A DNA stretch of 64,000 bases from Solirubrobacteraceae bacterium. Its GTDB lineage: Bacteria; Actinomycetota; Thermoleophilia; Solirubrobacterales; Solirubrobacteraceae. This document shows, in pieces, positions 34,109-45,191 of the stretch. The position numbers and the translations under genes are program-made. Below the pieces are notes generated by a model. The model was not told the origin of the DNA. It saw only the letters and a program-made list of their open reading frames with translations, and ran no database searches. The stretch lies in NCBI GenBank assembly GCA_025449845.1, contig JANWIP010000002.1, positions 21,868 through 85,867 of the forward strand. Direction: 5' to 3'. Within the stretch, counting starts at the first letter, position 1, and every line of letters starts with the position of its first letter.

Positions 34109-35218
34109 TCACGTCTGCAAATAGCGGTCCACGAGATTGATCTCCTGCAACCGGCGAAGGCCCTCGCGGATGTCCTTCGCACGGATCTCTCCGACCCCCT
34201 CGATCGCCTCAAGCTCGGCGTCGGTGGCGGCCAGCAACTCATCGAGACCGCCGAACTCCTTGACAATCTCACCCACCACCAGCTTAGGCAGTCTGGGGAT
34301 GCGCCCCATGATGCGGTAGCCGCGCGGCGAGACTGAGTAGTCAAGGGTATTGAGCTTGCGGTCATAACCCAGCAGCTCAGCCAGGCAGCCGAAGTCGAGC
34401 AGGTCCTGGTGAGGAAGGCGCCCGACCTGATCAAGCGCCGAGGCGAACCCTTCGTCGGAGTATTCGGCGAGGTAGTCGTGCACCAGCGCGGCCTTCTCGG
34501 CGGCGGCTCCGACCATCGTCTCCTCCAACTGCATCTCGATCAGGCGTCCCTCGCTGCCTAGCTCCACGATGTAGCGCTCGATCTCAACGGCCATGCGCGT
34601 GACGAGCTCCGAGCGCTGCATGACGGTCAAGACATCGTGCAAGGTGACGCCACCCTCGAACTCCAAGGCGGTAAGACGCGTTGAGACCTGGTCCAGGCGC
34701 GTGCGGTACTTGTCGAGCGTCGCCAGCGCCTGGTTGGCCTTGGCGAGCACCACGGGGATGTCCTCGAGGATGTACTTGGCCCCATCGACATACAGCGAGA
34801 CCACCTCGCGGCGCTGGGAGACGGCGATCACCAGCGCGTCGGTCTGCTTGGAGACACGCTCGGCGGTACGGTGGCGCGTGCCCGTCTCATGCGAGAGGAT
34901 CGTGGGATCCGGCATCAGCTGCACGTTGGCCATCGCAATTTTGGTGGCGTTCGTGTTGAGGATGATCGCGCCGTCCATCTTTGCCACCTGGTAAAGGAAA
35001 GCGGGCGTGTAGTCGATATCGAGCTTGATGCCGCCGGAGTTCAGGAAACTGAGCTCCTCGGGGTCGCCGATCACGATCAGCCCGCCCGTACGCGCATCGA
35101 GGATGCTCTCGATCCCCTCGCGCAATGCGGTGCCAGGGGCAACCATCTCCAGTGCCTTCATCAACCCGGGCTCTGGCCTTGCTTCAGTGTCGAAATCTTC
35201 CCCGGATCGTGGTGGCAC
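34109..35218 (-). CDS. disA: DNA integrity scanning protein DisA (diadenylate cyclase)
   Basis: DAC-domain motifs (GGLIVIGD, DGAIIL, GTRHRTAERVSKQT) and a C-terminal helix-hairpin-helix region (IEGVGEIRAKDIREGL). Confidence 0.92.
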   Translation of the reverse strand: MPPRSGEDFDTEARPEPGLMKALEMVAPGTALREGIESILDARTGGLIVIGDPEELSFLNSGGIKLDIDYTPAFLYQVAKMDGAIILNTNATKIAMANVQLMPDPTILSHETGTRHRTAERVSKQTDALVIAVSQRREVVSLYVDGAKYILEDIPVVLAKANQALATLDKYRTRLDQVSTRLTALEFEGGVTLHDVLTVMQRSELVTRMAVEIERYIVELGSEGRLIEMQLEETMVGAAAEKAALVHDYLAEYSDEGFASALDQVGRLPHQDLLDFGCLAELLGYDRKLNTLDYSVSPRGYRIMGRIPRLPKLVVGEIVKEFGGLDELLAATDAELEAIEGVGEIRAKDIREGLRRLQEINLVDRYLQT

Positions 35219-35290
35219 GACTACCCATTCTACGGCATCGAGCCTCGATTTACCGCGTGGTTACTGGACAAAGCGTCCAGATTCGACATA

Positions 35291-35384
35291 TTAGGCAGGG
35301 CTATGCCGCGGCGCGCGGCCGAGCGCTCTCCGCAAGGTAGGCAGGGCTACGCCGCAGCGCGCGGGCGAGCGCGGTCCGCAAAGG
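35291..35384 (-). repeat. 2 x 47-bp tandem duplication of the radA 3' end including its TAG stop
   Basis: Plus-strand copies at 35291-35337 and 35338-35384. The second copy carries the last 12 codons and the TAG (35347-35349) of radA. The first copy carries a paralogous ATAG. Confidence 0.85.
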
Positions 35385-36792
35385 GGAGCACATGCGCCAG
35401 AGCCTCTCTCAGCGTGGCGGCCTCACACGCACCAGGGCCGCTGCCAGGTGGCGTCACAACACCGCGCACACCATGCCTGGCGGCCTCCTCGAGACGGCGC
35501 TCGGGATGACCGACCCAGCGCAGCTCGCCCGTCAGTCCAAGCTCGCCAAAGCAGGCGCGGGGACCGCCCTGCAAAGGAATCCCTCGGCTGGCAGAGGCAA
35601 CTGCTAAGGCAATCGCCAGATCAACCCCCGGCTCGTCCACGCGCACACCGCCGACGACATTCACGAAGACATCGGCCCCGCCCGTTCCCACCCGCCCGTG
35701 GCGCCCCAGTATGGCCAGCACCAGGGCAAGGCGATTGCGATCGAGCCCCGACACCACACGTCGCGGCTGCTCAAGCTCGGAGGGAGCCACCAGCGCCTGC
35801 ACCTCCACGAGCAGCGGCCTTGAGCCCTCCATCGCCGCCAGCACCACGCTGCCAGGCGCACGCGTGGCCTCGGCGACGAAGCGCGCGGAAGCGTCGAGCA
35901 CCTCCACGAGGCCTCCTTGGCGCATCTCGAAGAGCCCCGCCTCGTTGGTCGAGCCAAAGCGATTCTTCAAGGCCCGCAGCTCACGGTAGGGCCGCTCGCG
36001 CTCGCCCTCGAACTGCAACACGCAATCCACCAGGTGCTCCAGCACGCGCGGCCCGGCCAGCGCGCCGTCCTTGGTGACGTGGCCGACGAGCACGACCGCC
36101 ACCCCACGCGACTTGGCGTGCTCCATCAGCGCCGCCGCGACCTCGCGGACCTGTCCGACCGATCCAGGAGCCCCGGAAAGATCCGCGGCGTGGAGCGTCT
36201 GCACGGAGTCGATCACGCACACCGCGGGCGCCTCGGCGGCGATCGTCTCAAGCACTGCCTCCAGGTCGGTCTCGGCGAGGATTGGCACGCGCAAGGCGGG
36301 GCGGGTGGGGCCCAAATCAAGCCGCTCGGCCCGTAGGCGAACCTGCTCAGCGGACTCCTCGGCGCTGACATACAGCGTGCGGTGCCCCGCCCCCGCGATA
36401 TGCCCCAAGACCATGTTGGTGAGGGTGGACTTGCCGATCCCCGGAGAACCGCCGAGGAGCACAAGCGAGCCGGGCACGAGTCCACCGCCAAGCACGCGGT
36501 CGAGCTCGCCGATGCCGGTGGAGAGGCGTGTCACGGGCGTAGCACCGACCTCGCCAAGCGGCCGTGCTGTGGAGACTGGCTGCCCGCCCTTGCCGCGAGC
36601 GCCACTCCCAGCGGCTCCGATACCGCTCCTGGCGCCCCGGCCACCGCGTCTGGCTGCGCGCCCTTCCTCTCCTACCGGGGGCAGGCGCTCCTCGACAAGC
36701 GTGTTCCAGGCCTCACAGCCGGGGCACTGACCGTGCCACTGGGCTGATTGCAGGCCGCATTGCGAGCAGACGTGAACAGATGTGCGAGGCAC
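35347..36792 (-). CDS. radA: DNA repair protein RadA/Sms
   Basis: N-terminal zinc finger CSQCG..CPGC, Walker A GGSPGIGKST, KNRFG motif, and a Lon-like C-terminal domain. Confidence 0.93.
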   Translation of the reverse strand: MPRTSVHVCSQCGLQSAQWHGQCPGCEAWNTLVEERLPPVGEEGRAARRGGRGARSGIGAAGSGARGKGGQPVSTARPLGEVGATPVTRLSTGIGELDRVLGGGLVPGSLVLLGGSPGIGKSTLTNMVLGHIAGAGHRTLYVSAEESAEQVRLRAERLDLGPTRPALRVPILAETDLEAVLETIAAEAPAVCVIDSVQTLHAADLSGAPGSVGQVREVAAALMEHAKSRGVAVVLVGHVTKDGALAGPRVLEHLVDCVLQFEGERERPYRELRALKNRFGSTNEAGLFEMRQGGLVEVLDASARFVAEATRAPGSVVLAAMEGSRPLLVEVQALVAPSELEQPRRVVSGLDRNRLALVLAILGRHGRVGTGGADVFVNVVGGVRVDEPGVDLAIALAVASASRGIPLQGGPRACFGELGLTGELRWVGHPERRLEEAARHGVRGVVTPPGSGPGACEAATLREALAHVLPFADRARPRAAA

Positions 36793-36801
36793 TCCTGCAC
36801 A

Positions 36802-37329
36802 CTACGACTCGGCCCCGACGGCCTGGCTGCGCCGCTCATAGAGCAGCACGTCGCGCCAGCGCCCGTCGAGCATCTGCCCCACGCGACGACGAACGCCCAC
36901 GAGCTGAAACCCACAGCGCTCGTGTAATGCGATCGAGGATGCGTTCTCGGGAAAGATGCCTGCCTCAAGCGTCCACAGCCCTACTCGCTCGGAGGCGGCG
37001 ATCAGCTCGGAGAGCAGGACCGTGCCGACACCCCGCCCAGCGAAGCCGGGATCGACATAGATACTGACGGCCCCCACCCCCCGATAGACATGACGGCCGG
37101 AAGTGGGACTGAGCGCGGCCCAGCCGACGACTTCACCGCCGCCGCCATCGCGCGCCACCAGACAAGGCTCGCGCAGACGCGCTCCTAACCAGTCCTCCCA
37201 GGAAGGCACGGTGTGCTCAAAGGTGGCGTTGCCGCCAGCAATGCCGGCCGCGTAGATACGCGCCACCGCAGGCCAGTCCCCAGCCGTGAGCGGCTCTACG
37301 GCAACGGACTGCTCAGGCGAGACGCTCAG
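36802..37329 (-). CDS. GNAT N-acetyltransferase (phosphinothricin acetyltransferase-like); start codon unresolved
   Basis: VEPLTAGDWPAVARIYAAGIAGGNATFE aligns by eye with the PAT/Bar N-terminus. The GNAT core is VDPGFAGRGVGTVLLSELI. The track start (GTG 37266) lies inside the conserved N-terminus. CTG 37329 is the only near-cognate codon upstream. Confidence 0.75.
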   Translation of the reverse strand: MSVSPEQSVAVEPLTAGDWPAVARIYAAGIAGGNATFEHTVPSWEDWLGARLREPCLVARDGGGGEVVGWAALSPTSGRHVYRGVGAVSIYVDPGFAGRGVGTVLLSELIAASERVGLWTLEAGIFPENASSIALHERCGFQLVGVRRRVGQMLDGRWRDVLLYERRSQAVGAES

Positions 37330-37338
37330 CTCTGCCTA

Positions 37339-39978
<2,640 letters not shown>

Positions 39979-40134
39979 GACTGCGTCCTCTTTCCGAGGT
40001 TGTACGGGTTCTCGGGGACCATGAACTACCCGGTATGGCATCTTCGTCGGAATCCCCGAAAAAGATGAGGCCGGGCCGTAAATCGACGCCGACGACCAGT
40101 CTACCAAGGCCCTCCCCGGCCCAGGTCCACCAGC

Positions 40135-41679
40135 CTACGTGCGCATCGCCGGGAAGAGCACGACCTCTCTGATTGTGGAGCGTCCGGTCAAGAGCATCAC
40201 CAGGCGATCGATCCCCAAGCCGACCCCGCCGGTGGGCGGCATCCCGTGTTCGAGCGCCTCCAGGAAGAGCTGATCGTAAGGCTGGGTCTCCTCATCGCCG
40301 GCATCGGCCAGGCGGCGCTGGGCTTCAAAACGCTCGCGCTGGATATCGGGATCGTTGAGCTCGGAGAAGGCATTGGCGATCTCCATGCCGCCGGCAAAGG
40401 CCTCCCAGCGCTCGGCCAGACCGGGCTTGGAGCGATGAGCCCGCGCGAAAGGCGACAGCTCCAAGGGATAGTCGATGATGAAGGTGGGCTGGCGCAGCTG
40501 CGGCTCGACGAACTTGGACAGCAGGTCATCGGCAAGCTGGGGCCAGCTGGCGCCCTCGGTGTCGATGCTGAGGCCGCTCGCGGCCACCGCCTCGCTGGCA
40601 GCGATCGCAGCGGCGAGGGAAGGCGCGTCGTGGTGGGCCATGATGTCGATGCCGCTGGCCTCCTGCACGGCCTCAACGAAGCCAATCCGCCGCCAAGGGC
40701 TCGAGCAATCAAGCTCGCCGCTGTAGGAGACGGCGCGGGCGACATCCGCGACGAGCTCTTCGGTGCGCGTGGCCTCATGCAGGTAGTCGGCGTAGGCCTC
40801 ATACCACTCGACCATCGTGAACTCGGGATTGTGCTTGGTGGAGATGCCCTCGTTGCGGAAGTCCTTACCGAGCTCATAGACGCGCTCAAGACCGCCGACG
40901 ATGCAGCGCTTGAGGTACAGCTCGGTAGCGATGCGCAGGTAGAGCGTGCGGTCGAGCGCGTTGTGATGCGTGGTGAAAGGCCGCGCCAAGGCCCCCCCGT
41001 AGAGCGGTTGCAGGACGGGCGTCTCGACCTCGATGAAGCCGCGCTGGTCCAGGTGCGAGCGCACGGCGGAGACGATGCGCGCACGGTCGATGAAGACCTG
41101 ACGGGTCTCCTCGCTTGACATCAGATCGAGCTCGCGCTGGCGGTAGCGCGTTTCGACATCCGCGAGCCCGTGATGCTTGTCAGGGGGCGGGCGCAAGGAC
41201 TTGGCCAAGACGCGGTAGTCATCGATGCGCAGCGAAAGCTCACCCCGGTTGGAGCGCATGACGACTCCCTGGACGCCCAGCAGGTCGCCGAGATCGATCT
41301 GCAGCAGCCGGCTAAACGCCTCCTCGCCGAGCACATCCAGACGCGCGTGCAGCTGGATGCGCCCAGAGCGATCGACCAGGTCCATGAAGGCAGCCTTGCC
41401 CTGTCCGCGGCGCGCGGCCAGGCGTCCGGCGACCCGGCGCAGGTCTTCGGTTTCCTCACCGGCAGCAAGGTGCGCGAAGTGCTCGTGGACCTCCTGGATC
41501 GGTTTGGTATCAGGGTAGGAGTAGGGAAACTGCGTCTCCCCAGGTGGCAGCAGTTGGCGCGCTTTGGCGCGGCGCACGGCCAGCAACTCGGGCAGCGGCG
41601 GTCGCTCCGCGGAGCCATTGCTGGCGGCGGCATCGGCCTGCGCTGTCTGCTGCTCGTGCTCGATCTTGCTCATCACCAA
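40135..41679 (-). CDS. lysS: lysine--tRNA ligase (class II)
   Basis: OB-fold N-domain plus class II motifs (FIEVETPVLQ, FRNEGIS..HNPEFTMVEWYEAY, GGVGLGIDRLVMLL). Confidence 0.93.
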   Translation of the reverse strand: MVMSKIEHEQQTAQADAAASNGSAERPPLPELLAVRRAKARQLLPPGETQFPYSYPDTKPIQEVHEHFAHLAAGEETEDLRRVAGRLAARRGQGKAAFMDLVDRSGRIQLHARLDVLGEEAFSRLLQIDLGDLLGVQGVVMRSNRGELSLRIDDYRVLAKSLRPPPDKHHGLADVETRYRQRELDLMSSEETRQVFIDRARIVSAVRSHLDQRGFIEVETPVLQPLYGGALARPFTTHHNALDRTLYLRIATELYLKRCIVGGLERVYELGKDFRNEGISTKHNPEFTMVEWYEAYADYLHEATRTEELVADVARAVSYSGELDCSSPWRRIGFVEAVQEASGIDIMAHHDAPSLAAAIAASEAVAASGLSIDTEGASWPQLADDLLSKFVEPQLRQPTFIIDYPLELSPFARAHRSKPGLAERWEAFAGGMEIANAFSELNDPDIQRERFEAQRRLADAGDEETQPYDQLFLEALEHGMPPTGGVGLGIDRLVMLLTGRSTIREVVLFPAMRT

Positions 41680-41802
41680 AGGATGTTAGGGGCCCGGCGA
41701 GGCCCAAGGACATGGGAGGCGCCGCGAAACGTAGAGAACCCTCCCCGAGGAAGGCGCGCGGCGAAAGAACGACCCGAGGCGGCAAGAACCCCCGCGGGTC
41801 TT

Positions 41803-42288
41803 CTATTTCAGTCCGATATCGATCTTGGTGATCTTGAGCTTGCGGGCCGGCCCGCGCGGCACCGTGACCGCCACGGTGTCGTTGCGCCGATGCCCCAGCA
41901 GCGCCCGCCCGACGGGCGACTCATTGGAGAGCTTGGCCTCTTCGGGGTTGGCCTCGGCGGAGCCGACGATCGTGTACTTGACCGACTTGCCGGTCTTTTC
42001 GTCCTTGACGTGCACGACCGAGCCGACCTGGACCACGTCGGTGGAGAGGTCCTTGGTCTCGATGACGGTGGCCATGCGCAGCTTCTCCTGCAGCAGGGCG
42101 ATGCGCGACTCAAGCATGGCCTGTTCATTCTTGGCGTCGTCGTACTCGGAGTTCTCGGAGATATCGCCGAACTCGCGGGCCTCCTTGATGCGCTCGGCGA
42201 CCTCGCGGCGGCGCGCGGTGGAGAGCAGCTCAAGCTCGTCGCGGAGCTTTTGCAGACCTTCGGGAGTGAGGATGACGTCCTTGGGCAT
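41803..42288 (-). CDS. greA: transcription elongation factor GreA
   Basis: The ATG at 42288 gives MPKDVILTPEGLQKLRDELE..EAREFGDISENSEYDDAKNEQ, canonical GreA. The 305-aa extension was rejected. Confidence 0.93.
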   Translation of the reverse strand: MPKDVILTPEGLQKLRDELELLSTARRREVAERIKEAREFGDISENSEYDDAKNEQAMLESRIALLQEKLRMATVIETKDLSTDVVQVGSVVHVKDEKTGKSVKYTIVGSAEANPEEAKLSNESPVGRALLGHRRNDTVAVTVPRGPARKLKITKIDIGLK

Positions 42289-42430
42289 GGTGCTGCTCTC
42301 GATGGCGTTGGTTGGGGGGAGGGTGGGTCCCGATAAAGACAAAACCCGCCTGTCAGCGGGAGCTTCGCGGACGCTGAAGGCCCTAGCGAGCGCAGCAGTA
42401 TAGCGGGGACTAATCCCGGCCTGGAGGCGT

Positions 42431-43444
42431 TCAGGCAGCAAGCGGAGCAAGCAGGCGCTCGGGGTCGAGCAACTGCCTTGCCCCAGCCAGAGTTTCGACG
42501 TGATGCAGCGAATCTTGCAGCTCATGCAAGGTCTCGCGAGTGAGCCCAAGGTGCACGAGATACCAGGGATAGAACTTGCGCAGATAGCGCGCGGCACGCT
42601 CGGGGCCCAGATGCAAGGCGGCCTGATCCATGACCCAGTCGAGCTCGGCGAGCACCTCTTCGGGCGAAGGATCGCTAAGGCGCCCGGCAAGCAGCCGCTC
42701 AAACAGCCACGGGTTGCCAAGCGAGCCGCGCGCGAGCATCACCGCGGTAACGCCGGTCTCATTGAAGACGCGCTGCACATGCTCGGCATCGCGCAGGCCG
42801 CCGCTGAGGATGACGGGTACAGGCAGCGAGCTGGCCAGCCGAGCGGCGAGGTCATAGTCGGGGGTGCCCTTGTGATGAATGGCGGCCGAGCGAGGATGAA
42901 AGGCAATCGCCGCGACTCCCGCCTGCGCCAGGCGATGAGCAAGCTCATAGCCGCTGGTGGTGTCCCCTGCGCGCAGGCCCGAGCGCAGCTTGACGGTCAC
43001 CGGCAGCCCGGACCCTTCGATGGCGGCACGCGCGAGTGCAACGGCCAGGTCCGGGTCGGAGAGCAGCGAAGCGCCGGCGCCGGTCTTGCAGACCTTGGGC
43101 ACGGGACAGCCCATGTTGAGGTCGATCGCATCGGCCCCAGCTTCGGCCACGGAGGCAGCGGCAGAGCGCATCACCAGCGGGTCCTGCCCAAAGAGCTGAA
43201 TCGAGACCGGCCCCAAGGTCTGCTCGCGCGGATGAATGCGCAGCATCTCGTTGCAGGTTCGAGCATTGCGGTGATAGATGGCGTGCGAGGAGACCATCTC
43301 CGAGACAGCCATGCCGGCACCGTGACGCAGAGCCTGCAGGCGCACGAACCAATTGCCGATGCCGGCGAGCGGGGCCAGCAGAACGCGGTTGCGCACGCGC
43401 AGCGGCCCAAGCGACCAGGCGTCAGTGAGATCAGGAGCGATCAT
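42431..43444 (-). CDS. dusB: tRNA-dihydrouridine synthase
   Basis: LAPLAGIGN, DLNMGCPVPKV and TVKLR motifs of the Dus family. Confidence 0.88.
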   Translation of the reverse strand: MIAPDLTDAWSLGPLRVRNRVLLAPLAGIGNWFVRLQALRHGAGMAVSEMVSSHAIYHRNARTCNEMLRIHPREQTLGPVSIQLFGQDPLVMRSAAASVAEAGADAIDLNMGCPVPKVCKTGAGASLLSDPDLAVALARAAIEGSGLPVTVKLRSGLRAGDTTSGYELAHRLAQAGVAAIAFHPRSAAIHHKGTPDYDLAARLASSLPVPVILSGGLRDAEHVQRVFNETGVTAVMLARGSLGNPWLFERLLAGRLSDPSPEEVLAELDWVMDQAALHLGPERAARYLRKFYPWYLVHLGLTRETLHELQDSLHHVETLAGARQLLDPERLLAPLAA

Positions 43445-43470
43445 GCAATTTGATGTTAGGCAAGGTTTGA

Positions 43471-43560
43471 GACGGGAACCGCTCCGCGGAAGGACGGGGA
43501 ACCGCTCCGCGGAAGGACGGGGAACCGCTCCGCGGGGGAAGGGCTCCGCTTCGCTCCGCC
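43471..43560. repeat. 22-23-bp tandem repeat x3 plus a degenerate tail (GACGGGGAACCGCTCCGCGGAAG) between coaX and dusB
   Basis: Copies at 43471-43492, 43493-43515 and 43516-43541. Each contains the palindrome TCCGCGGA. Confidence 0.85.
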
Positions 43561-43577
43561 GTGTGGGCCGGTGATGG

Positions 43578-44342
43578 CTAGGAATTGAGCTCGTAGAGAA
43601 GCCGCAGACCGGTGAGTGTCAGAAGGTCGTCGACCTCGTGGATCTCCTCGGTGAAGGGAACAACGAGGTGGCCGAGCCCGCCCGTGGCGATGACCGAGAG
43701 ACGTTCCTCAAGCTCAGTGTAGAGCCGGCGCAAGATCGCGTCGACGGCCCCGGCATAGCCGAAGACGACGCCGGAGCGGATGGCGTCGATGGTGTTCTTG
43801 CCGACCACCGTGCGCGGTGCGGCAAGCTCAACCTTGGGCAACCGCGCACCGCGCTCGGTCAGCGCGTCGAGCGAGATCTCGATGCCGGTCATGAGGGCGC
43901 CGCCGATGTACTCCCCATCGCGCGAGAGGACATCGAAGGTGGTGGCGGTGCCGAAGTCCACGCAGACGGCGGAGCTGCCGAAGCGGGCGCGCATGGCGAC
44001 AGCGTTGACGAGCCGATCGGCGCCGATCTCGCGTGGGTTGTCGTAGCGGATGGCCATGCCGGTGCGCAGACCGGGACCGACGACGAGCATCTCGTGGTGC
44101 AGGTAGCGCTGAGCCATGGCAGTCCATTCGGGCTCAAGCGCGGGCACGGTGGAGGAGACGATCGAAGCGGAGAGATCCTCGAACCCCAGCCCGCGCAGCT
44201 CGAGCAGGTTGCGCAAGGCAGCCCCGAGCTGATCGGCGGTCGAATCGCGCACGGTGGCAAAGCGCCAATGCTCGAGCAGCTCCTCGCCACGGTAGGCACC
44301 GAAGTGGGTCTGGGTGTTTCCAACGTCGACAACGAGCAGCAT
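43578..44342 (-). CDS. coaX: type III pantothenate kinase
   Basis: MLLVVDVGNTQTHFG.., VDFGTATTFD and ATGGL motifs. Confidence 0.9.
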   Translation of the reverse strand: MLLVVDVGNTQTHFGAYRGEELLEHWRFATVRDSTADQLGAALRNLLELRGLGFEDLSASIVSSTVPALEPEWTAMAQRYLHHEMLVVGPGLRTGMAIRYDNPREIGADRLVNAVAMRARFGSSAVCVDFGTATTFDVLSRDGEYIGGALMTGIEISLDALTERGARLPKVELAAPRTVVGKNTIDAIRSGVVFGYAGAVDAILRRLYTELEERLSVIATGGLGHLVVPFTEEIHEVDDLLTLTGLRLLYELNS

Positions 44343-44416
44343 GGGCGGCCCGGGAGCCTACCCGACCCTCCCCACGTGGTAGACCCCGGGCTGGCCCTCC
44401 TATATGCTCAGAGGCG

Positions 44417-45181
44417 ATGGCGGCAAACGGCACGAGTGCAAAGAAGCTGAAGCTGTACGCGCTCCCAGGCTCACACCCATGCGCGGCGGTGGAAGTCGCG
44501 ATGCGACTAAAGTCGATCCCTTACCACCGCGTGGATCTGCTGCCGATGGTGCAGATGGCGGTGGGACCGGTGCTGTGGGGCGGCATGACGGTGCCGGGCG
44601 TGCGCGTGAATGGCGAGAAGCTGGTGGGCTCGCGCACGATCATGCGCAAGCTGGACGCGATGGCGCCCGAGCCTCCACTGCTGCCTGCCGATGCCGCGCG
44701 GCGCGAGCAGGTGCTGGAGGCCGAGCGCTGGGGCGATGAGGTGTTCCAGAGCATGCCCAGACGCATCCTCGATGCGGGGTTCCTGCGCGATGCGGGCTGC
44801 ATGGAGAGCTACGCGGCCGACGCCAAAATGCCGCTCCCCCGCCCGATGCTGCGCCCCGCTCTCCCTCTGACGGCGCGCCTGATGGCGTTCCGCAACAAGG
44901 CACAGGATGAGAACGTGACGGCCGACATCAAGGCCCTCCCCATACAGCTTGAGAAGGTAGACGCATGGATCGCCGAAGGTCTGCTGGGCGGCGAGCAGCC
45001 AAACGCGGCCGACCTACAGATCGGCTGCACGATGCGGCTGCTGAACACGATCGCCGATATTCGCCCGCTGCTGGAGAGCCACGCGGCGATGCAGCTGACG
45101 CGCTACTTCCCCCCGATGGTGGGTGAAGTCCCGGCGGGCACCCTGCCGGCAGAGTGGCTGCTAGCCGCCACCGCGGCTTGA
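44417..45181 (+). CDS. glutathione S-transferase-like (thioredoxin-fold N-domain) protein
   Basis: The ATG at 44417 gives ..LKLYALPGSHPCAAVEVAMRLKSIPYHRVDL..PGVRVNGEKLVGSRTIMRKLD, which has GST_N/glutaredoxin-like topology. The upstream part of the 382-aa ORF is antisense to coaX. Confidence 0.6.
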   Translation: MAANGTSAKKLKLYALPGSHPCAAVEVAMRLKSIPYHRVDLLPMVQMAVGPVLWGGMTVPGVRVNGEKLVGSRTIMRKLDAMAPEPPLLPADAARREQVLEAERWGDEVFQSMPRRILDAGFLRDAGCMESYAADAKMPLPRPMLRPALPLTARLMAFRNKAQDENVTADIKALPIQLEKVDAWIAEGLLGGEQPNAADLQIGCTMRLLNTIADIRPLLESHAAMQLTRYFPPMVGEVPAGTLPAEWLLAATAA

Positions 45182-45191
45182 CCTAAGAGGC

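Noticed and set aside
44033-44416. N-terminal extension of the GST-like gene to 382 aa
   Set aside because: The extension is Arg/Ala/Pro-rich and antisense to coaX. The thioredoxin-fold sequence begins at ATG 44417.
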